Source: Roseiflexus sp. (GTDB taxonomy: Bacteria > Chloroflexota > Chloroflexia > Chloroflexales > Roseiflexaceae). Taken from it: a stretch of DNA of 45,226 bases. Positions 36,937-45,226 of the stretch are shown in pieces. The stretch is taken from contig JBEPYG010000002.1 in NCBI GenBank assembly GCA_041641515.1, positions 1 through 45,226 on the forward strand. The letters run 5' to 3'. Under the pieces are notes generated by a model that searched no databases, had not been told where the DNA came from, and saw only the letters and a program-made list of their open reading frames with translations. Position 1 is the first letter of the stretch. Every line of letters starts with the position of its first letter. The position numbers were made by a program, and so were the translations under genes.

Positions 36937-38673
36937 TCAGCCATAGAAATCGGTATATCCATCGACATCGAGGCGTTCGAGCATCCGCCGCACTTTCTCG
37001 GCCGACTCAGGGAAAGGTGCAGCAGCAATAGCGTCGGACGCAACCTGCGCGGCGCGTTTCCAGTCACTGTGGGGTGCGCCGAGCAGCAGTTCCAGCAGTT
37101 CGGTCAATGCGCGCCGCAGACGTGGCGTGTCGTCGCCGCGCAGTTTTGGCAGCACTTTTTGCTTAATCTGAAGATCGAGCGCCTGCTGCGGCGTCAGTAT
37201 CCCCTGTGACTGTTCGATGTAGTGCAGTATCTCACTCAGGACGCGATACCCGAATGGTTGCCCTGCGTATGCCACCCTGTCGTGAACCTGAACGATCATC
37301 CTCCAGATGGCGTCGTTGATCGTGCCAGGATAAGCTGCGCGGAACCCTTCCAGATCAATGTCAGTCAACTCGATCACATTCGCGCGGTCGAGCAGTTTGT
37401 CGGAGAGGGCGTGCGCACTTTCGTCAACGTTGACGGTGCCGACGATGACGACATTCGGTGGCAGGCGAAGGGGATTGGTCAGAGTCTCGCCGGTCACAGT
37501 TTCCACAGTGGCGGTAGGAGCGCCGAGGTCGATCAGGCGGTCATCGGTCTCCATCGCTGACAGGATCGGCGCCAGGTAGTATTCCGGTCGTGCCAGGTTC
37601 ATTTCGTCGAGGCACACGAAATAGCGCGCGGTCGGATCGGCGGCGGCGCGTTGCAGAAAGCGGAGAAACGGCGTAGGATGGTATTTCCCTGTGATCGCAT
37701 TGTAGTACCCCAGAAGATCACGCGCGCTGTGCCAGTCGGGCTGCACTGCCACCAGCAGGTAGCGCTCATTCTCCTGACCCGGCGCCAGATGGTCGCCGGC
37801 CAGCGCATCGGCGTACAGGCGAGTCAGGCGGGTCTTGCCGGCGCCCGAGATGCCCGTGAGGACAACGAGCGGTCGGGTGCGCAGTGCGATGTGGTAGGCG
37901 CGAATGATCCGCTCCGAGAGCGTCAACCTGTGAGCGCGAATACGCTCGATAATAACCTCGATCGGCGGTTCTTCCGCCGTCAGATAGGCGACGCGCTGTT
38001 CGCGCAGCCAGGCGGCGCCGGTTGGATCACGCGCCTCGGCGCGCTCCATGAGCGCTTCGTTGAGCGGCAGCAACGCGAGTGCGTCCTCAATCAGGCGCTC
38101 GATGAACGCCGGCTCAAAAATCTGCGGGTCGTCCCAGCGGTACGCGAACCCCGCCAGGAGCGATGATGCGGTACGGTTTGTCAAGTAGCGGTCGATCCAC
38201 AGTGCTGCCGGATCGGGCGCGCGCTCACGGTCGGCGAAGCGTACTTCGCGGATGCGTTCCACCAGCGGCATCCAGATCGCGCGCGACTCCTCCCATACGC
38301 GCGCCAGGTCGTCCTTGCGGCGGCGCGCAACCTGGAGGGCGACGAGGATCAGGCGTTCGGCGCCGCTAACTGCCAGGTAGACCCCTGCGCCGCGCGGCGG
38401 TCGATCAATGACCAGATAGTAGTCGTCGATTGGATCGCGCACGCCGCGACCACGGTTGATAGCGCGCTGCGTGCGGTAACTGATCTCGTAGAGGCTCCAG
38501 ATACGTGGAAAATGCCGGAGCGCTTCGGCGCTGAAGCGAGCTGCGTATGCCGCCAGCACCGGCTGCAACCGTTCCTGGATAGCATTCCAGCGCTCTGCAG
38601 CGCCAGGAACCGTCAGCGCAGCGAGCGCCTCTGGCGTGAAAACCACCTGATTCGACACCGTGGACATTGCCAT
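36937..38673 (-). CDS. McrB-like AAA+ NTPase with DUF1054-like N-terminal domain
   Basis: GISGAGKT, VQPDW..DLLGYYN, CLDEMNLARPEYY, GTVNVDES, QKVLPKLRG. Confidence 0.82.
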   Translation of the reverse strand: MAMSTVSNQVVFTPEALAALTVPGAAERWNAIQERLQPVLAAYAARFSAEALRHFPRIWSLYEISYRTQRAINRGRGVRDPIDDYYLVIDRPPRGAGVYLAVSGAERLILVALQVARRRKDDLARVWEESRAIWMPLVERIREVRFADRERAPDPAALWIDRYLTNRTASSLLAGFAYRWDDPQIFEPAFIERLIEDALALLPLNEALMERAEARDPTGAAWLREQRVAYLTAEEPPIEVIIERIRAHRLTLSERIIRAYHIALRTRPLVVLTGISGAGKTRLTRLYADALAGDHLAPGQENERYLLVAVQPDWHSARDLLGYYNAITGKYHPTPFLRFLQRAAADPTARYFVCLDEMNLARPEYYLAPILSAMETDDRLIDLGAPTATVETVTGETLTNPLRLPPNVVIVGTVNVDESAHALSDKLLDRANVIELTDIDLEGFRAAYPGTINDAIWRMIVQVHDRVAYAGQPFGYRVLSEILHYIEQSQGILTPQQALDLQIKQKVLPKLRGDDTPRLRRALTELLELLLGAPHSDWKRAAQVASDAIAAAPFPESAEKVRRMLERLDVDGYTDFYG

Positions 38674-38706
38674 CTTTAAGGCTTTCTGATGGGATAGAAC
38701 CCTTCT

Positions 38707-38715
38707 ATTATAACA
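38707..38715 (-). promoter_or_regulatory. Extended -10 TGTTATAAT for the McrB-like gene
   Basis: Consensus TGnTATAAT about 35 nt before start. Confidence 0.55.
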
Positions 38716-38986
38716 CCGTTGGCAATTGAAGGTGGAACGTAGAACGTTGGTTCACGCCAATATCTCGTGCTCACGGAATCGGTGCGTGCAAACGCCGGAG
38801 CAGAGGTGCAGGCAGTCGGAGAGATGCACCCAGGGTGCGATCCCATTCGTTGACAGCGGAATGGTACAGGAACGCGGGAAGGTGCGAATGTGGACGCAAG
38901 ACGATCACGTAATCACGTCATCTCCCAGTCTCGTCATCTGTGCACGTGAACCCATGTTCTGATCGTCTCCAATACGAAGCGACATA

Positions 38987-38995
38987 TGGTATAAT
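38987..38995 (+). promoter_or_regulatory. Extended -10 TGGTATAAT for the membrane protein-gyrB unit
   Basis: Consensus TGnTATAAT 36 nt before ATG 39032. Confidence 0.6.
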
Positions 38996-39031
38996 ACCAG
39001 GGTTGCCTGATAACGTACTTAGAGCGCCAGT

Positions 39032-39997
39032 ATGCCGCAACCCGCCTCGATTATCGACACGCTAAGCGAAGGATATCGCGCCATTCACCGCAGGCCAGCT
39101 GCGCTGCTGCTGGTGTTCGTGTTCAACCTGGCGTTGCTGACGACGGCGCCGGTTTCGTTTGCGCCGTTATTCGACCGTTTCGATGGTTTTCTTACCAGGC
39201 TGGCAGGCGCATCGGCGGACGCGAATGGCGATACGCAGAGCCAGATGAGCGCACTGCTGGCAGAACTCGGTCAGACCGACCTGCGTCAGGCACTGGGGCT
39301 GATGAGCGTTATGCCCCGCTTCATTATCCCGCGCTTTGCGCCAGGCGCCCTGGCGACCAGCAGCACCGGTGCGGTGATCACGATCGCCAGTGTGCCCGCG
39401 GCAGTGCTGACCTTTGTGCTGATCAATCTGATCGTCTTTCCTGTCGGTATACTGTTTCTAACGCTGGTTGGCGCTGCGGTGCGCGGCGAACCGGCACTGC
39501 AACCCGACCTCTGGCGGGTGATGGTGCGCATTGGCGCTGCAGTGCTCGGGGTAATGGCCATCCTGGCAGCGGCATTCGTGCTCGTCGGGCTGCCGTTCGC
39601 CGTTGCGTCGGCGCTCCTTATGGCAGTCAATGAAGTACTCGGTGTGCTGGCAGTCAGCCTGATCCTGGTTGTGGTGATCTGGGTGCAGATCTATGTCGGC
39701 TTCGCCAATGAGGCGATTGTGATGAGCCGGGTGGGTCCGCTGCGCGCTTTGCGGGCAAGTTTTGAACTGGTGCGCCGCAACCTGTGGGGCGTTGTTGGGT
39801 TTTTGCTCCTCTCGCTGTTGATTACCCGCGGTACCGAGGTGATCTGGGAGATGCTGGGAACATCGACGCTTGGCGGGGTGGCTGCAGCGCTCGGCAGCGC
39901 CTACATCGGCGTCGGTCTGGCGGCGGCGCGGATGGCGTTCTATCGCGAACGTCTGCGCCGTTTGAGTGAACAACATATTATTCGTTCAGGAGTGTAG
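39032..39997 (+). CDS. Integral membrane protein of unknown function
   Basis: Multiple TM helices; GPLRALRASFELVRRNLW motif. Confidence 0.8.
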   Translation: MPQPASIIDTLSEGYRAIHRRPAALLLVFVFNLALLTTAPVSFAPLFDRFDGFLTRLAGASADANGDTQSQMSALLAELGQTDLRQALGLMSVMPRFIIPRFAPGALATSSTGAVITIASVPAAVLTFVLINLIVFPVGILFLTLVGAAVRGEPALQPDLWRVMVRIGAAVLGVMAILAAAFVLVGLPFAVASALLMAVNEVLGVLAVSLILVVVIWVQIYVGFANEAIVMSRVGPLRALRASFELVRRNLWGVVGFLLLSLLITRGTEVIWEMLGTSTLGGVAAALGSAYIGVGLAAARMAFYRERLRRLSEQHIIRSGV

Positions 39998-40031
39998 TAC
40001 CAATCCTGCCAGTGAATAATTCGAGTCGTCT

Positions 40032-41969
40032 ATGACAACAGAACCGCTGCGATCGGTCGGTGCGACCGGCTACGATGAAGATCAGATCCAGGTGCTCGAG
40101 GGAATGGAGGCGGTGCGCCGTCGTCCCGGCATGTATATCGGCCCAACCGATGTCAATGGCCTGCACACCATGGTGCGCGAAGTCGTCGATAATTCGGTCG
40201 ATGAGGTGATGGCTGGACGCGCAACGACCGTTGAGGTGACCATCCACGAGGATGGGTCGGTAACGGTTGCCGACGATGGCTATGGCATTCCGACTGGTCC
40301 GCATCCTAAACTCGGAGTCAGCACCCTGCAGGTGGTGATGACGGTGCTCCACGCGGGCGGTAAGTTTGACAATAAAAGTTATAAGGTCTCGTCTGGCTTG
40401 CATGGCGTCGGTGTATCTGCCGTCAATGCGCTTTCTGCATATATGCGCGTTGATGTTCATAATGCACGTGACGGGATGCACTACTATCAGGAGTACCGCT
40501 GTGGCGTCCCGCTGTGCGAGGTGCAGAAAGTCGGTCCGACCGACCGGCGTGGCACCATCACGCGCTTCCTGCCGGATACGACGATCATTCAGACGTTGGA
40601 CTACAACTTCAAGACTCTGGCGCAACGCTTCCGCGAGATGGCGTACCTCAACAAAGGGTTGCGCTTCAGGTTCGTTGATGAACGTGATGGCAATGAGGTT
40701 AACTTTTATTTTGAGGGCGGTATTCGCTCATATGTGCGCCATCTTAACAAAGACAGGAATGTGCTTCACAAGCATCCGTTCTATGTCGAACGCGTCGTCG
40801 ATGATGTCATGGTGGAAGTGGCGCTGCAGTACACCGAAAGCTTCGATACCGACTCGGTCTATGCATTTGCCAACGGCATCAACAACACCGATGGCGGCGC
40901 GCACGTCGCCGGTTTTCGCAGCGCGCTGACGCGGGTCATCAATGCGTATGCGCGCAACAAAGGGTTTCTCAAGGAAAACGAGGGGAACCTGACCGGCGAT
41001 GATGTGCGTGAAGGACTCACTGCTGTCATCAGCGTCAAACTGCGCGACCCGCAGTTTAGTTCGCAAACGAAGGAGAAACTGGTCAGCCCTTCCGCCACCA
41101 GCGCCGTCAACACGGTGTTTGGCGACGCCTTCGGCGCCTGGCTCGAAGAGAATCCCCAGGAAGCGCGACGCATTGTTGAGAAGTGCATCTCGGCGGCGCG
41201 CACCCGCATCGCTGTGCAGAAGGTGCGCGAAACGTCTCGGAAGAGCGCGATGGAAGGGTTTTCGCTGCCGGGCAAACTGGCTGACTGCTCGGATACCAAT
41301 CCCGCGCGCACCGAGTTGTTCATCGTTGAGGGTGATAGCGCCGGCGGGAGCGCCAAACAGGGGCGCGATCGGCGCTATCAGGCGATCCTGCCGCTGCGTG
41401 GCAAAATTCTGAATGTCGAGAAAAGCCGGCTCGACAAAATGCTCTCCAACAATGAGGTCAAGGCGCTGATTACTGCTATCGGCGCCGGCGTCGGCGATCA
41501 GTTCGACCCGTCCAAATTGCGCTACCATCGCATTATTCTGATGTGCGACGCGGATGTTGATGGCAGCCATATTCGCACGCTGCTGCTTACGTTCTTCTTC
41601 CGCTATATGCGTCAGATTATTACGAACGGACATCTCTACCTGGCGCAGCCGCCGCTCTACCGCGTTGTGCACGGGAAGACCGAAAAGTACGTCTTTACCG
41701 ACGCAGAGCGCGATCAGTACCTGGCAACGCTCTCGCCTTCGGAGCGCAATAAAGCGGTTGTGACGCGCTATAAAGGGTTGGGCGAGATGAATGCTGCGCA
41801 GTTGTGGGAAACAACCATGAATCCGCTCAATCGCCTGCTCCTGCAGGTGACGCTCGAAGATGCGCAGCAGGCGGATGAGACCTTTACCATGTTGATGGGC
41901 GATCTGGTTCCGCCGCGCAAACGCTTCATTCAGACCCACGCGCTCGAGGTGCGCAACCTGGATATTTGA
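40032..41969 (+). CDS. gyrB: DNA gyrase subunit B
   Basis: [55 protein letters not shown]-terminal NLDI. Confidence 0.9.
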   Translation: MTTEPLRSVGATGYDEDQIQVLEGMEAVRRRPGMYIGPTDVNGLHTMVREVVDNSVDEVMAGRATTVEVTIHEDGSVTVADDGYGIPTGPHPKLGVSTLQVVMTVLHAGGKFDNKSYKVSSGLHGVGVSAVNALSAYMRVDVHNARDGMHYYQEYRCGVPLCEVQKVGPTDRRGTITRFLPDTTIIQTLDYNFKTLAQRFREMAYLNKGLRFRFVDERDGNEVNFYFEGGIRSYVRHLNKDRNVLHKHPFYVERVVDDVMVEVALQYTESFDTDSVYAFANGINNTDGGAHVAGFRSALTRVINAYARNKGFLKENEGNLTGDDVREGLTAVISVKLRDPQFSSQTKEKLVSPSATSAVNTVFGDAFGAWLEENPQEARRIVEKCISAARTRIAVQKVRETSRKSAMEGFSLPGKLADCSDTNPARTELFIVEGDSAGGSAKQGRDRRYQAILPLRGKILNVEKSRLDKMLSNNEVKALITAIGAGVGDQFDPSKLRYHRIILMCDADVDGSHIRTLLLTFFFRYMRQIITNGHLYLAQPPLYRVVHGKTEKYVFTDAERDQYLATLSPSERNKAVVTRYKGLGEMNAAQLWETTMNPLNRLLLQVTLEDAQQADETFTMLMGDLVPPRKRFIQTHALEVRNLDI

Positions 41970-41971
41970 GC

Positions 41972-41999
41972 AGGCACGACTGCCAACGCAATCGTGCCT
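41972..41999 (+). terminator. Hairpin directly after gyrB (terminator or REP-like)
   Basis: AGGCACGA-c-TGC-caac-GCA-a-TCGTGCCT; weak pyrimidine tail. Confidence 0.5.
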
Positions 42000-42133
42000 A
42001 GCTTCGCTTCTCTTCGGGGAAACCCTGCACCGCCGTCATTGCGAGGCGCGCCAGCACAGGGCGATCTTCTGGCGAACTGCAAGAGTGCTTTGCGCGCAAT
42101 GATATCAGTCTCGTGCTTTACGACAGGCTTTTC

Positions 42134-43282
42134 TTACGGTCGTGCGACGATGCGCGCGATCGTCGTCCATTCCCCCGCGTTGCCAGCATAATCGATGGGT
42201 TGCACACGTAGCAGGTGCTCGCCGGGCGCCAGTGGCGGCGCTTCGATCTCTGGCAGAGGAGTGAACCATTCCGAGATGCCAGCCGGATCGTTGCCGATGT
42301 AGATGCGGTAACCGGCAACGCCGGAAGCGGCGTCGCCCGCCGGTTCCCAAGTGATTGGCGTTGTCTGTCCGGCTTTCAGAACGATCGGTTCCATTGCAGG
42401 CGGAGGTTCTGGCGGAGTGATGTCGTAGCCTATGGGCCCGAACGTGGCGATCGTCTGCTGCCCATTGCGGTCCCACCCGCGCACGAAGAGCGTGTGCAAC
42501 CCTTCGCCCGCCTCGGCGAGACTGACGCTTCCGTTGGGTGTTGTCATTGCCGGCGTCGCGCCAGCAGGATCTGCCTCCCACGCTGCCCGATACCCCGCGG
42601 TCATTGCTGTACCGCTGAACTCGATCCGCACGTCGCCGCTGTACCAGCGCCCGATTTCTGCACCCGCAAAACCAATTCCTTCGACGTTCGACAGCGGTGT
42701 GTTGCCAGCCACCAGCACCTTCCCACCGTACTGGTTGCATCCGCCAATCTCCGGCAGGTCATACCCTTCAACGAAACGCAACGGCACAGAACGCCGATTG
42801 CGCGCCCAGGGTCCCTCTGCTGTGAATGCTGTGAAATGCAGATGGACGATCCCCGGCGATCCGCGATCGCCGACAGCGCCGATTACCTCGCCGCGCGCCA
42901 CGATCCGACCGATCTGTGGATTTTCGGCGCGCTGCATATGGGTGTACATGGTGTAGAGATTGCCCTCGTGACGGAGGATAAGCGTGCCGCTCCGCCGCGC
43001 CCAGACGAAAATAACACCGTCAGCAGCGGCGCGTACCGGAGCGCCGGCGCTCGGACCACCAACCCGAACCAGATCGAGTGAGTAGCGGTCCCAGCCATTG
43101 TGGGTGCCACAGGCGTACCCCTGAATGATGCGCCACTCTTCACCGGGAGGCGTCGGCAGCCAGAGTTCGGGAGCGACCCCGGCATGGTCTGCTGCGATGA
43201 GCGGCGATGCCTGGACCAGTGCAACAACAACGAAGGCCAGCACCAGCCAACGCCGCACCAGGCGTTTGCTTTGTGACATCAT
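42134..43282 (-). CDS. Secreted M23-family peptidase with C-terminal beta-rich domains
   Basis: Signal peptide, PVRAAADG, YTHM, GEVIGAVG, HLHF; DITPP and DYAGN motifs. Confidence 0.8.
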   Translation of the reverse strand: MMSQSKRLVRRWLVLAFVVVALVQASPLIAADHAGVAPELWLPTPPGEEWRIIQGYACGTHNGWDRYSLDLVRVGGPSAGAPVRAAADGVIFVWARRSGTLILRHEGNLYTMYTHMQRAENPQIGRIVARGEVIGAVGDRGSPGIVHLHFTAFTAEGPWARNRRSVPLRFVEGYDLPEIGGCNQYGGKVLVAGNTPLSNVEGIGFAGAEIGRWYSGDVRIEFSGTAMTAGYRAAWEADPAGATPAMTTPNGSVSLAEAGEGLHTLFVRGWDRNGQQTIATFGPIGYDITPPEPPPAMEPIVLKAGQTTPITWEPAGDAASGVAGYRIYIGNDPAGISEWFTPLPEIEAPPLAPGEHLLRVQPIDYAGNAGEWTTIARIVARP

Positions 43283-43334
43283 GCAGTCGTCGTGGACCTG
43301 TTTACTTTTCTTTCACAATTTGCAAGGCGCAGCG

Positions 43335-43363
43335 AGGATACCACAGAAGAGCGCAGGCGTCAA
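43335..43363 (-). promoter_or_regulatory. Promoter TTGACG-N17-TATCCT with TG extension for M23 gene
   Basis: Hexamers at 43363-43358 and 43340-43335. Confidence 0.5.
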
Positions 43364-43501
43364 ATACCGGAATTGTGAACAGTTATACCGGTTATCGTTG
43401 ATAATGCCGCATTGCCATGTGCGGTTTTAGGCTTTGTGATGCCAGGCGTAGTACTCCAAAATCAAAAATGGTATTACGTGGTGACCGTTCGCCCGTTTCC
43501 T

Positions 43502-43556
43502 GGAGTGCGGGCATCTCGCCCTCGCGTGCAAGACGCAGGCAAGATGCCCACACTCC
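43502..43556. repeat. REP-like inverted repeat
   Basis: GGAGTGCGGGCATCTCGCC (43502-43520) pairs with GGCAAGATGCCCACACTCC (43538-43556), 2 mismatches. Confidence 0.65.
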
Positions 43557-43587
43557 TGGGTGTGTTTTTTACTCTGACCGTGTTCAC

Positions 43588-44697
43588 TTACGTGGATTTT
43601 TGTGTGGCGTGCAGTGTGCCAATCGCCTGTTGCAGGTTTGCAAATGTGTGCATTTGTTTGAGCGCAACACCGAGCCCCACCATCGTCTGCGCTACCTCGG
43701 GACGAATGCCGACCACGGCCACCCGTGCTCCAAGCAGACGTGCGGCATCGGCAGCCTGCAGGATCGTGCGAGCGACCTGCGTATCGACAAGCGGAACGCC
43801 GGTGATGTCGAAGATTACGTAACGCGCGCGTTCGCGCTTAATAGCGTGCAAAACATTTGAAACGAATACTTGTGCGCGCGCTTCATCGATCGCGCCGATC
43901 AACGGTGTCACCAGCACACCGGGTAATATCGGGAGAACCGGTGCGCTCAGTTCGCGGATTGTTTCCTGGCTTGTGCGTAGTTCGATGAGCGTCTGCTGCA
44001 ATTGCGCCTCGCGCTGCTCCACGGCATGCAGCGCTTTCTGCAGGTCGGCAGTGCGCTCATTGACGGTTGTTTCAAGTGATGCGCGCAAAAGGTTGAGTTC
44101 CTGCTCACGCGACAGCGCCCTGATGAGTGATTGACGCAGCACCGGACCGAACGACGCAATGATTGTCGCGACCACCAACAGCACGAGCACGAACAAGGCA
44201 ACCGCAACAATGGTCAGATCACCGGGCGGTTGAACTGAGTCATCGATGAATGGATCAATCGCCGGATGGAGGAAGAGGATGAAGGCGGGAAGCAACCCGC
44301 TCACTGCAGCGATTGCAATCAGTGCGCGCGTTTCGATCAGAAGACCGGTCAGGATGATCGGTAAGAGTGTTACCAGTAAGAACGGCGTCGCCGCGGGGTA
44401 CCCGTAGATGACGGTCACAAAGAACACTGCGCCGGTCAGACCGGCAGATGCGATCAGAACCGCCAGGCGAAAGCGCCCACGACGGAGGATCGCCACACTG
44501 GCCAAACTGGTCAGCATCACAACGACTGCACCGGTGGCAGGAACGCCACCAGTAGGCGTCATACCAAGCGCCGCAAGGAAGACGATCAGCGCAACCAGCG
44601 CTGCGCCGCTGATTGCGAGCAGGATGCGTTGTAGCGCCGGCGCCTGCTGCTGTTCGATAATCTTGCTGAACAATCCAGTATCATCAACGGCCTGCAC
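43588..44697 (-). CDS. Membrane-anchored RsbR-like STAS protein
   Basis: About six TM helices, coiled coil, ELSAPVLP..PLIGAID..DITGVPLVDT..GIRPEVAQT. Confidence 0.88.
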   Translation of the reverse strand: MQAVDDTGLFSKIIEQQQAPALQRILLAISGAALVALIVFLAALGMTPTGGVPATGAVVVMLTSLASVAILRRGRFRLAVLIASAGLTGAVFFVTVIYGYPAATPFLLVTLLPIILTGLLIETRALIAIAAVSGLLPAFILFLHPAIDPFIDDSVQPPGDLTIVAVALFVLVLLVVATIIASFGPVLRQSLIRALSREQELNLLRASLETTVNERTADLQKALHAVEQREAQLQQTLIELRTSQETIRELSAPVLPILPGVLVTPLIGAIDEARAQVFVSNVLHAIKRERARYVIFDITGVPLVDTQVARTILQAADAARLLGARVAVVGIRPEVAQTMVGLGVALKQMHTFANLQQAIGTLHATQKST

Positions 44698-44869
44698 AGG
44701 AATCTCCTCTGCTTCTCATGACATCGGCAAGCGCGGTGGTAACCGCTTTTGTCCTATTGTACCCCGGTCGCATTACCAGTCCTTCTGTAACCTTTTGCCG
44801 GTTGCTGCATTTCAAGAGTGATACGGTTATCGGACACATTTCTCAGCACACCAGAAAAGGAGCCTGACA

Positions 44870-45088
44870 ATGTTCGCAAAGAATGAAGGTGTAGTAGATC
44901 GTGGCATTCGTGCGGTGCTTGGAATAGCAGCGCTTGCGGCAGCATTCACGTTGTTGAGCGGAGTCTGGCAGATTGTTGCTGGCGTGGTCGCGTTCATGCT
45001 GCTTGTGACGGCTGCAATCGGCGTGTGCCCGCTCTATTCGGTGCTGGGCATCAATACCTGCCCGGTCAATCCTGCCGAGCGGCGCTGA
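44870..45088 (+). CDS. DUF2892 (YgaP-like) membrane protein
   Basis: NEGVVDRGIR..CPLYSVLGINTC; AAGGAG RBS. Confidence 0.88.
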   Translation: MFAKNEGVVDRGIRAVLGIAALAAAFTLLSGVWQIVAGVVAFMLLVTAAIGVCPLYSVLGINTCPVNPAERR

Positions 45089-45166
45089 TCCTGAACCCCG
45101 CCCCCCAGGGGATACCGGGTTCTTAATCGAGCATTCCTCCGCCAGCAGGTGACATTCGCACGATGC

Positions 45167-45194
45167 AGGGGTACGGAAGTCGTACCCCTTTTTT
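45167..45194 (+). terminator. Rho-independent terminator
   Basis: AGGGGTACG-GAAGT-CGTACCCCT followed by T run. Confidence 0.8.
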
Positions 45195-45226
45195 GATCCA
45201 CAGATCACAATGTTCACGATGCACCG

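Noticed and set aside
40032-41969. gyrB without adjacent gyrA, or possible parE
   Set aside because: Separated gyr genes are common; the C-terminus fits GyrB, though parE is not strictly excluded.
45191-45210. Crp/Fnr-like site TTGAT..ATCAC
   Set aside because: Half-site spacing does not fit either consensus and it overlaps the terminator tail.
44843-45217. 124-aa minus-strand ORF
   Set aside because: Antisense to DUF2892 and its terminator; no recognisable motif.

Overview
GC-rich chromosomal window that looks like a Roseiflexus-type Chloroflexota genome (inferred from gene content, FxETG-repeat surface protein and heptamer intergenic repeats). In order it carries: a FeoC-like gene; a ferredoxin-NADP+ reductase; the uncharacterised phosphatase/DUF3090/PI-kinase-like trio; a photolyase cluster (FeS-BCP photolyase, DUF2256, and an apparently split inverted-order photolyase interrupted by an acyltransferase); a GH13 lipoprotein; a TetR module; a GH3 beta-glucosidase; a TetR-headed menF-D-B-E operon; an 11-gene Wsp-like chemosensory operon ending in a PP2C/TPR/anti-sigma/anti-anti-sigma partner switch; purB; an McrB-like NTPase with no adjacent nuclease; gyrB; an M23 peptidase; a membrane RsbR-like STAS protein; and DUF2892. 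No rRNA, tRNA, CRISPR array or transposase was seen. Intergenic DNA holds REP/MITE-like hairpins and 7-bp periodic tracts. The best candidates for an undescribed system are the chemosensory-to-partner-switch operon and the split, putatively Fe-S photolyase. Family calls come from motif recognition by eye; no database searches were run.
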